Of a DNA stretch of 64,000 nt, positions 1 to 10,338 are shown in pieces; position 1 is the stretch's first letter; the number at the start of each line of letters is the position of its first letter. The position numbers were made by a program, and so were the translations under genes. A model generated the notes under the pieces. That model had not been told where the DNA came from, ran no database searches, and saw only the letters and a list, made by a program, of their open reading frames with translations. The stretch is taken from the NCBI GenBank assembly GCA_036172245.1, contig JAYWIR010000005.1, positions 4,588,001 to 4,652,000 on the forward strand, read 5' to 3'. Origin of the DNA: Raillietiella orientalis (Eukaryota).

Positions 1-1450
1 TTGAAGAGAATAGTGCAACTGATTCGAATCATTGAAAGATGCAAGCGAGATTCCTTTGAAAAGTAAGAATGCAAGTGCTGAGGTCTCAACGTCGCTTTGA
101 GATTTACAGAACGCCTGCTTTCAAATCGTTCGCTTTCTTAGAAAGCTCGAAAGGTCGCAAAATCAGATGGGCAGCATCTGTCTCTATCGGGTGTACTCAA
201 TGACGCCCCTCTGTTAAAGCAAAATTGACTGCTGCATGCTTGAGCGCCACCGCAAATATCGGTGCTGTTGAACGTGGGACCTCAGCAGCAACACGTCACA
301 AACCCGATCCTCCAAATCAAGGTTTGATCCCGCCTCTCCAGTGCACATCATAATGACGTGTCCCATGGCATTATCATTTTCCTAATAGACATCCCATGCC
401 CCTGTGGTGTGTTTCCAGGAGTGTGGGTCTTCCATGCGTGGCTCCTAATAAGAGCGCGTGTGAATGATGAAAGAGATGAAGCATAAAAGACAGAAGTTTC
501 CCTTACGCATGATCCCTTCCATATGAACCCTGCCGCTCCAGTTGATCCCGGCGAGGCACCAGAAGAGGAGAGTGGCTTCGGAGATCATATCTCCCTTGGA
601 TAGCAGCACTGTAAAAATCAAATGCCTCGCGAGCTCCACGTAACTCACTTGGCAGCTGGATTATTAGATTACTGGGAAACTTCTTTCTTCATATGGATCA
701 TATCCGGAAGACAGCTACTCTCAGAGCTGCGAGCTGTTTCGACTCAGCCGGTGCTGCAGCACAGTTAGGACTGTTAGCTTACGTTCGTTTTCCTCTCGAA
801 TTATCCTTTCACTGCGATCCTGGAATTGCCATTCGATGCACCCGCAGTCTCGATGAATGACGGGGTGGAGTAATTCGGCAAATCTACTCCTATCATGAAA
901 AGCACTGGCGTCTGATCATCCTTCAAGAAATTTACATCTCTCATATCATAAGTGGACTCCCGAAGGAGTTAGATACAGCAGAATCTCGATCTCAGGTAGC
1001 TTTCTGAGGACTGTCTTTCCTCTTCCATCCTCCCCCCCCCCCTTCTCTCCCCTAAAATGAAAGTAGAGACCCTACAAAATGAAAAGATTGAATGAATTTC
1101 TGCTCCGTTCTTCAGAAGCAGAAGAAAGCTCAGAGATCTGCTTGAAGTCAGCATCATCCGCATGGGTGAAAGACGCAAAGCAAAAAACGGAATTGCGTTG
1201 AGCACTTCAAAAACCATGAAACGTCTTGCGTCTTTTCCCGGAGTCACTGCCAAGAACTCGGGACGCTCATGCATGCAAGGACGCCAAGTCAGGCTCCAGC
1301 CTTCCTCGTGGAATCCGATCCGAAAATACCAGATGATAGATTCGTATCTGCGCATGAAGGATGCGTCCCCATTTTCATTCCGCTGGAGCATTTTCGCAAG
1401 TCAAGTGATCATCTAGTCCTTGTCAGTCAGAGAGAGGACGCACGCGAGCA
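1..1450 (-). mobile_element. Decayed L1-type LINE ORF2 fragment (end of endonuclease, linker, RT N-terminus)
   Basis: Minus-strand ORF pieces 969-1391 and 445-648 show weak L1-like motifs in the expected order (HERPEFLAV...RRFMVFE, then GNFCLL...). Many stops. Confidence 0.35.
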
Positions 1451-1457
1451 CGGGAAG

Positions 1458-2462
1458 GATGACGGAAATCCTTTAGGGCTCTTCCGTTTTCGCTGCTTTC
1501 TTTCCAGCTTCTTTTTTTTGGTTCTCAAAGAGTGCCGAAGAACCGTTCTCCTCCTCAGGAAGGAGTTCATGAAGCTCTTTGACGCTGTCCATGCCACCCA
1601 GAGCTGCGTGTGATAGCTCTCCAAGTTAGAGGGTACCCATGGAAGGGACCACTCTACGAATCCAGGAAGGACTCCGGAGGAGTAAGGAGTTCGTTCCTCT
1701 CACGCTTGGCAGGGAACTTTCGCCCTAGTTGTCTCCGAAGGGAGCCCCGAAGGGGACCACCTCTTCCTGATCCTCTCCGGAGGGTCACCCGGATGGGGGT
1801 CTGATCCTCTCTTCTTCTCCAAAGGGAGTCGGGAAAGGGTCCGCTCCTGGGATTTCTTCCCTGGAAGGAGCCCTCAAGGGAGCCGCTCCTTGTTTCCTCC
1901 TCCTCTGAAAAGAACCCCGAAGGATTTGAGTCCTGAAGGGACGCGAAGGGACGCTTCCAAAGTTTCTCTGAATGGCGCTTTCCTACGGGAGCAGCGCGTT
2001 TCTGGCACTCTGGAGAGGCAAACCCCTAAGGGAAGGGGGGGGGGGGTGAAGAAGGAGGGTATCAGACAGCTACAAATACGCGATGGAGGGTCCCTCCCAG
2101 AGGGAGGGACGGCTCCATTTTCGCAACTGGAGGGGAACCCCGAAGGCCTCCTTGATTCCTGGAAGGACCCAGGAACAGTCCTGGTGAGTCAACAGGGGGA
2201 CACCCAATTCCCGGCTTTCACAAGTGCCACACCCACGCCGGAGCATTTACTTTATAAACAAACACCCCGGAGTGACCGGGTGTCAACCGGTGCCGCACCC
2301 AAAGCTTACAGGCCAACCAGCGTCATCCTGCGTGGGAGGGGAGGACTTGCGACCCACGCTGTACTCACGATTGCTCAGCATCGACCCTTCCCCGGGTGAG
2401 ATTCGAACCCGCAACGCTTGGTGCCAAGCGCGGAGGCCGCAGCAGCCACGCGGCCACCTACG
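1458..2462 (-). mobile_element. tRNA-derived SINE, copy 1 (full length)
   Basis: Minus strand: A box TGGCCGCGTGG (~2446-2456), B box GGTTCGAATC (2400-2409) and a second degenerate B box (~2343-2355). Body is homologous to 8 other copies. Internal A-run ~1512-1518 and conserved tail ...CCCTAAAGGATTTCCGTCATC. Confidence 0.85.
2235..2289 (+). mobile_element. 55 bp extreme 3' fragment of the L1 family inserted in SINE copy 1
   Basis: Absent from other SINE copies. Contains ATAAAC...ACCCCGGAGTGACCGGGTG. Flanked by GTGCCACACCC (2224-2234) and GTGCCGCACCC (2290-2300), a likely target-site duplication. Confidence 0.7.
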
Positions 2463-2699
2463 CGGACTTTGCTTCAAGTAGCACATCGTGTCTGCTTCGT
2501 TCCGAGTGTCACATGAGTGGAGAAGACCCGCCCTTCTCTCAGAGGAGGCGAAACCTACTCAAGGAATGGCTGACTAATCTCTTGGGCCACGATGGTTCCT
2601 GCGAACAAAATCCATCATCGCAAGGGATGCGCCCCAGTGGTTTGACGCTTCCCACTCCAGGAACAACCCTAAGAGGTGGCGCATTCCTTGTGCGGGAAT

Positions 2700-5000
2700 A
2701 TCTGGCTGCAAAGTCAGCTCCAGAAGCCAGGGCTTCTGGAGCTGACTTTCGAATCCATCCTCGAAAAGCGACCTCTGCAATTGGGAAGAGATGACCAAAT
2801 GCGCTAGGACTCGAGGCAAATTTCGCTGCTTCGGGGAACTTTGGCCATCAGTTACGAAGTGCGCGGCGGCATTGGGGGTGAGCCGGTTGCTTTCACAGCC
2901 CGCCTCACCATCAGTCAGAACATCCTAGCAACGCCCGAATGCGAGATCAGACCACCGTGGTCGACTCCGAATACGTGGGGAGATGCAGATCGTCCTGCCT
3001 AGCCCCATTTGTTTCCGAAACTGTTCTGGAGAGCTCCATGCGGAACACGTTGCACGGCGACTTCGCTCCTCTCCCCGTTCGTTACTAGGAAGTTTGCAGG
3101 AACGGCCTTCGCTCCTTTGCCCCTTCTTCCCGGGAGGGAATTGCAACCCGACCGCGTCAGGCTGTAGTTCCGGGAAGTTTTCGATCCGCTTTCCTTGACA
3201 ACGAGGGCTTGTTAAAATTCTGAGCGGCGCATCTGAAAAATTCCTCTTCTGCAAAACACGACTTTCATTTGCACGGGACACCGAAAGATGAAAGGCAAAT
3301 TCCGGGATGCCCTTCCGAGAAATGCCTGTACGCAAAATACGGTAGGCTGGATGTTTCGAATCCAGGACGTCCTCCAATAACTCCGCTATCTGAAGATTGG
3401 ACACTCTGTTTCTCGTCTAGTTTTCAAGTGCGATCAGGGAATTTTCGTTTTGGGAAGCTCCTCTTTATCTCGCCTCTCCCCTCATCGCCGTCGGCTCATG
3501 GCTTCCCTGTTTACATTGTAGAAATAAATATGGGGAAACTGCAAACCGAACTTCCGACAACGCGGACCACTTCGTTTTTTTTTGTTTTTTTACATCTCTT
3601 GCCCATTTTATAGAATGTCGCATTGCTTGCCAACATTCTGAGCGTACTCGTAAAAGCCAAAGCGTGTCTCAGTTCTTCTCCAAGATGCTGATGCTGCAAA
3701 TGTTACATTCTATGCCAGGACGGACCACAAATGCATTTCATTAGATGGCGATTAGTTGATTGGAAAAGATTCCGTGTTTTGTCGCGTACGTTCGAAAATG
3801 ATTTTCAATGGGATTGGATAGCACGCTGGCACAGCTTCAACAGTTGCGAAAGAAACACTATATAAAGGGACAAAGAAATTTCCCTGAGATCAAAACACTG
3901 CAGATTTGCCTCAACGGCACGAGGCCCGTTTCCGACACCAACAGAGATGGTGCTCTCTTCCTATTGGATCTGAAAAAAAGAAACTGCAACCCTTCTTAGG
4001 TGGAGCCTCTCGCGAGTGTTTGAGTACCAAGAAATCTCCTTCGGTGGAAAAATTCAATCCGACGCACGTTCGGGAGAGGGGAAGGGAAAAAAATTCTCTC
4101 CGCTTTGCAAAATTATTTTACCATCTTTCGTTTCTTTTCTTCTTCCACAATGTTCCATATTTTCATGTTTCAGGGATGGCTGGAGTTCCGCGATCTCTTC
4201 GAGATTGGAACACATAAAGTAAATAAAAATCGATTCATATCGAGACTTCCCTTCGAATTTTGCATCCTGAGGAGCTTCAGGATATGTGAGGATCGAGTTG
4301 GGCACGAAGCAAAAACGTGACGGAAAGAAGGCAGTTGTCGAATCCCCTGCATTCGTGACTTTCCGGATGCTTCTTCGATTCCCTTTCCCAGTCTTCCCGT
4401 AAACAAATGAAATGCTCTCCCCTTTGAAGGAAAATTTTTCCCAGAATCCCCGAGCGTGGTTCGTGCCCGAGTGCTGATGAACCAGAATTCCCTGTTCCGA
4501 ACATCGGAAGGTGTACCTACAAGAAAAGTTGCATTCGCACATCCCACATTAAGTTACATGTACCTTCAGGATTTCGGGAGGCCACGAGATGTATTTTTTT
4601 CCTCAAGGGGTGGAGCTCGCGTTTGGAAATGGAAAAAATGAATAACGGAAGCTTCCGTGGAGCGGAGGTCAAGCGGGACAACGCGGGTCACGTAATTCAT
4701 CCACCGGAGATTCAACCGAGAGATTGTTCCCCATCCGCCGAATTCCAGTTTCTGTTCAATCACATCTTCTAAAACTGATAGAAGGCGTAAACGAAAACCA
4801 AAAGAAAAGAATACGTTATGGTCCGCGTACTTATCCACAATCCAGGCGTAGTGGTGGATTCTCTCTATCGGACCCTTTCCTGGTCTAATGGAGTAATAAT
4901 CCACAGACGCACATTTCCACTGAGCGAGCTTGAATGATGTGTTCCCAGCTATTTTTAGAAACACAGATGCGGATTTTCGTTGCACAATGGTACATAACGG
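2700..5000 (-). pseudogene. Decayed MULE (Mutator)-type DDE transposase with SWIM finger
   Basis: Ordered motifs across frameshifts: GCECNF...HQH (~4545-4470), FLGTQT (~4035-4018), PLYS...VPACY (~3870-3820), HLWSV (~3735-3720), YWRTSW...NLPF (~3380-3290) and a SWIM-like remnant (~2782-2745). Confidence 0.65.
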
Positions 5001-5239
5001 TAACGATGGAAACAGCGATGGAGTCTGGGAGGAAAAAATGTATCCCAGAGACCCCGGCAGTGTTCTCGAGGCAGAGGCATAGCAGCGTCAGTTCCTTCGA
5101 CTTTAAGCTGTCCGATGTCTGGGACTGATGGAAATCGAGCGGAGCACTGGACCGACGATTCCCGGAGACAAACCATAGAAAGAAGATGCCAAGGTTTCGA
5201 CCTCGGTAGTACCTCGCGAAACGTAGTTTCTCTTGCTCA

Positions 5240-5580
5240 TGATTATTAATTATCATCTAAGTATTTAGAGTTTTGTATTTGTAAAGCCAGTTCTTTTAAA
5301 ACTTTCAAGATATTGTTATAGATATTATATTTAATATCAGGTATGCAAAATACTATATGATAAACTAATGTGCATTATATACATGTATATATATATGGTA
5401 AAATAAATATTAATAATTAATTTGCATCAAATTAAAAAGAAATGCATTTTATATTTAAGAATGCAAAAACTATAAAAATTCTCGCAATCCACATATCCGT
5501 ACAACTGTTCACAAGATACACTCCCCATAATTCAGTTCTATCCTCTTTATTATGTATTGAATTTTAAGGATGACCGTTTA
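5240..5580. other. AT-rich tract, possibly the 5' non-coding part of the MULE
   Basis: Abrupt AT-rich island immediately upstream of the minus-strand transposase remnant. No TIR found. Confidence 0.35.
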
Positions 5581-5899
5581 CTTAAGACCACATGAAGATC
5601 TGGTTGACGAGTTAAAGGTTGCGGTCTCGCTGTTCACTCTTATGCAGAGAGAGCATACGTGGCTGAAGATTACGCGCAGCATCTCATTCGCTGTGATGGA
5701 GAACCACTGCTGACACTTGACTTGGTAAAACACCTTGAGGATCATAGGTCGCACCTCGCAGGCTGCCAGGCAGCTCAAATTCAACAGGGAGGAATATCTC
5801 CTATGGGTCATCGCAACGCAAATGGCTGTGAACAGCATGCTGGTCCGGCTCGTGTCAGCAGCTGAATCCGTAGTGCTACGGGATTTTGATAAGTTCCTC

Positions 5900-8200
5900 A
5901 CCTCAGCCGAACGCTCAGAGACTTCATCGCATGCCCCCTCCGTACCAGATGAGGACTCTGCAAAGGATTCGTTCCTCATTTAACTCATCAGCTGAGCACT
6001 CGAGCTGACTCACTGAAGTGTGTAGCCGTTTGCAGACCGAAAATACACATGGCAATGCATGCAGATCCTTTTTCCCTCCCTCATGCCGTTCACTGCCATT
6101 CTTCGTAGATAGAAGAAAGGTGCCTCTTCTATTAGGAGACCAATTTTTATTGGTTCTCTTTCAAAGCTCATCATCGAGACATTGAAAAAAAAAGCGAAAC
6201 AGGATGGAAGAGTCGCTGCTAAATTGATTTCATGTGCCCAATGAATAATAGCAAGAGCCTCCGGATCACTGGGAGATGTGTCCATCAAATTCAGTGACCT
6301 CGTGAGCGAGGAGTACGGAAAATAAGCCAGGCACTGTGATGGCTGGACACGAGCGCCGGCTAATCAGAAACCGGCGGAACGAAACGATGCTGCGAGATTC
6401 CACAGAGTGTTTCATCGTCTACGGAGACGGGACATCGGCTTCACATCAGCGTGTTGTCCCCATGATTGCCATGCAGGCCGGCGTGTGCTGTTCCTAAAAA
6501 TCCTTCGTTTGAATCCCAGTTTTTCAAACCTGCTTTCCCGCAGTTGGCAGACCATCGGATTCCTCCGGCAGAGAGTCCAGGAACAGTGTTTCCCGTCTGC
6601 AGATATTCCTCCCGCATACTCCCTGCTGCCGGATAACACCAATCACGTGGGTTCCGGGAAGATGCGATTAGCCTTTCGTTTCACTCCATCAAGCAAATTC
6701 CTACGCGAAGTTTCGCCAACTGCTTTTTTTTCCCTTTCCGCTTGCTTTCCCGAATGCTTTCTGGATATCGCAGCGCTGCTCTCTTCGATTGCTGCTGCCT
6801 CTCCAGCCATGGCATCGTTTTTCTTTTTTTTTTTTTGGCTTTCCTTTTCCTCCTTGCCGCTTTTTTGCGCATGCTCGGAGAAAATCATGCGAACGCCCTT
6901 CGTAATGACTTGAGGTAATGGTCAGGCGTGCACGGCTCCAGAGGAAACCGGAAAGCGGCTAACTAAAACGCCTAATAAGCGTCTTCCTCCTTCATTTCAT
7001 CTCACATTGCTGGAAATTTTTCAGGCAGATTTTCCTCCTCCCGCGCTGGAGTGTGTGGGCTGCCTGGGCCGACTTGATCTACGCGGGGGAACTGCAGATC
7101 GGTCGGGCTGGCCGTTTCGTTTCCGAGGACGTGACATCGGCTCATCAATCCTGCAGGCTTTCTGGAGTTCATATCAACCGGCTCGCTTCTTCGGTCCAGA
7201 AGAATTCCCAAAACTATTCATGATGAGATAGCAATCGTTGCTTTTGAAATAAGAAGCAGCCGTGGCCACCTGTCGTAAATCCACTCTAAAGCAGTTGCTT
7301 TTATCTTCCGAGAGTGAGCCTCTTCTGCAAGAAAGGGCTCCAAACATCATCTCCTCCATGCTTCCAAGCTACTCCTTTCCCCCTGGCTTCGAGACTTATG
7401 GTCCGTTGCAAAATCGAACAGCCATCCTTTGATGGAATTCCTCCAAGTCGGGATCCCGACTCACCCACAACCTGTGACTCCTGAGGGATTTATTTAGGAA
7501 ATAATGCCATCCGGTGATGAACGGCGAATTCTCTGCTGCTGAAGCAGAGTCTGGATGGAGGGCATAAATGAAAATCGAATCAAGCAGGCAAATGAGGCAA
7601 CCAGGTGCAAAAACGCTCGGCTATTCGAGTGGGAGGGAAGACCCGCCGGAAAAGGCGGTCCAAGTCTGAGTGTTCCTCTCCTCTGTATATTTTTAGTATC
7701 TTTTGGCGGCGGTAGATTTGACATGCGCGGTGCCTCTCAAAGGAATTCCGAATGATGCATCGGACGAGTGTGCTCTTAGAAGCAAAATCCACACGCGCTG
7801 GTGCGACTTCTTCTTCACAAGAGCTGACATTGCAAAAGATCTACGGATGTCTGCGTTTTCCCTTCGGTCCCCTCAAGTGACAAAGCAAATTCTAACCTGC
7901 AAAAATCCATTCGTGGAGGCCATCGGATGAAAAGTGAGGCTCGAGTGCAGACTTCTAGATTCACGCTGCTGTGGCGGCGGAGAGTGGCGCTGACAGGACG
8001 CTTTCCGTTCGGAGTGAATCCGAGCATCGGGTGATGGCAAACAGCATGACTCTTCTGGAGCCAAACCTCACGGTGCTTTGGAAAGTGCCGACAGCGGCAC
8101 AGTTCCGGAGATGAGTGCAGGGCCGGTGATACCTCCATGTGGGTCCGCACTGGATGGTTGATGTTTCCCAGTCGCTGAGGGAATCACAAAGAAGGAAGGG
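5900..8200 (-). mobile_element. Decayed L1 5' half (ORF1 plus endonuclease)
   Basis: LWV...LGGIP (~7470-7430), knuckle-like SRCHVLGN (~7145-7120), then APE-like PMVCQLRE (~6560-6535) and LFIGHMKS (~6250-6225). Confidence 0.4.
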
Positions 8201-8285
8201 GTCTGATTTCGCGGATTTCACATCGCCTTTCACCGTCACTCTCTGAAAGTAACGGAATTCTCAGTTGGGACAGCAAGTTGGATGA

Positions 8286-9112
8286 TTATCACCCGGTTAT
8301 GCCGAGAAGTTTATTACATAAAGCAATACAAATACATTGGAGTGGTAGAACCATTGGTTCTACCAATCGCAATGAACCCGCCGAGGGCCGGTTCGCAGAC
8401 CGGCGAGGTCCGCTTCGTCAGCGTGGGGGAAGGGGAAACAAAAACAAAAAATAACAAAACACACCGGAACAGGGGAGGGGAAATTGTACACGGGGAGGAA
8501 AGAAGGAAACCGAGGAAGGGATCACAGTACTCCGCCAGGCGTCCTCTGCATCCTGTTCTGGATACTGGCAAGTCCCGTTCGTATATCGCCCTGGTGGGGC
8601 AATCTCGAGGGGTTCTTCAGGAAGATCCACGCTCAGTGGATTGAGTCCCCGCCGTCTCGGCCTCTTCTTCTGGCGTTCCAGGCCGTCGTGCTCCCACGAA
8701 GACAGCAGAGGACGGCGAGGGACGCGACTGGCGGCAGTGCAGCATCACGCACGAAGAGGCGTCTGAAAATGTCCAGGGGGGGACGCCTGGACCGAGATAC
8801 CTAGGGTCGCCGCGAGGCGATCCCAAAGGGATCATCACGCCACCACAGTCCAACAGCAGGTGAGTGAGTATCTCCTTCTTCCCGCACCTGTCACACTCAG
8901 CGCCCACACTCCCCCCCCCGTGTCCAGTGGTGAAAGCGCTCTCTGCACGGGATTCTTCCCATGCATCGCAAGCAACGCCAACTCCCGCCACTTGAGGGGA
9001 AGGGCGTCACTGTTCCAGCACGCTGGGAGACACTTCACCTCCTTCAGAGGGATGTCGAGCACCTCTCCGCAGCGTACAAGTCGGTGGGGTGGGGATACTC
9101 GAGGTCGGGAAG
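8286..9112 (-). mobile_element. 5'-truncated L1 3' end, copy A
   Basis: KWRELALLAMHGK and CDRCGKKEILTHLLLDC (C-terminal CCHC), pyrimidine-rich 3' UTR, and AATAAA plus terminal hairpin at 8315-8289. Near-identical to 37996-38772. Confidence 0.85.
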
Positions 9113-9116
9113 CTGG

Positions 9117-9962
9117 ATGATAGAGATCCTCTTGGATTCTTCTGTTTATCTGTTTTCCTTCCATTTGTCCCCCCCCCCCCCAGTTCCCCTTCTTTTGGCT
9201 TGCTAATTCGCCTGAGGGCTCACGAAACTCTCCCACATGTTCCACCTCACCCGAGGTGCTTGTAGTAATTCTCCAAGTTAGAGAGCCCTGGAGGGGACCA
9301 CCTTACAAATCCAGGAAGGACTCCGGAGGAGGAAGGAGTTCGTTCCTCTCATGCTTGGTAGGAAACCTTCGCCCTAGTTGTCTCCAAAGGGAGCTCCAAA
9401 GGGAACCATCCCTTCCTTATTCTATCCGAAAGGACTCCCCAGAGGATTCTGCTTCCCATTTGTTCTCCGAAGGGAACCGGAAAAGGATCCGCTCCTGGAA
9501 TTTTTTCACAGGAGGGAGCCCTCAAGGGAGCCTCTCCTTGTTTCCTCCTCTGTAGAGAATCCCGAAGGTAACAGAGCGTTTCTGACACTCTGGAGAGGCA
9601 ACCTCCCCTGAGTGGTGGAGGGGAATATCATCCAGCTCCATAATGCGCGATGAAGGGTGCCCCCTAGAGGAAGGAGGGATGGCTCTATTTTCTCAACCAG
9701 ATGGGAACCCCAAAGGCCTTCTTGATTCCTGGAAAACCCCAGAGCAGTCCCGGCCAGTCAAGTAGGATCACCCGGTTTCCGACTTCCACCAGTGCCTCAC
9801 CGGAAGTCTATGGGCCAATCAGTGTCATGCTGCGCGGGGTCGGGGGAGACTCGCGATCTGCGACGCACCTATTTCTCCGCGTCGACCCTTCCCCCGGTGG
9901 GACTCGAACCCACAACTCTTAGTGCCACCACACGTGGATGCCGCAGCAGCCACGTGGCCGCA
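9117..9962 (-). mobile_element. tRNA-derived SINE, copy 2
   Basis: A box-like CGGCCACGTGG (~9950-9960), B box GGTTCGAGTCC (~9900-9910). Body and tail align with copy 1. Confidence 0.85.
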
Positions 9963-10338
9963 AACTCGGGTCGTGTGGATACGGTGAATAAGTTGGCAGC
10001 TAGATGGGTGCATTGTAGTTAGTGGACTAATCCAGAGCCCTTCCTCTATCCTGATAATCCGTTAGTGACTGAACAGGGTCGTTCCTTGCCGCCAAGTGGA
10101 CTCAGCTAGGAAGCGGGAAGCGACAGCAGCGTGGCCCTGGCCTCTCCCAGAAGCAAAGTAAGGAAACTGTCTGTCTGAAACATCTGGTTACTCTTTTCTC
10201 CCTGACCTGAGGAAGGAGATTTCGCCCCGAAGGATGTCGTCCTGCTTAAGTTCCCGTCTGCCTACAAAGTACCGCAGATAGAAAAAAGCTTCCTCTGATC
10301 CACGAGGACTCCGAAGCTCAGACCTTCGTTTTTTTGTG

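Noticed and set aside
2385..2462. tRNA gene
   Set aside because: A and B boxes are present but there is no proper acceptor stem, and it is always attached to the same repeat body, so it is a SINE head.
5960..5995. Hammerhead core CTGATGA-gtt...aac-GAAT on the minus strand
   Set aside because: GAAT instead of GAAA, a 3 bp stem II, no stem I/III and no PLE context.
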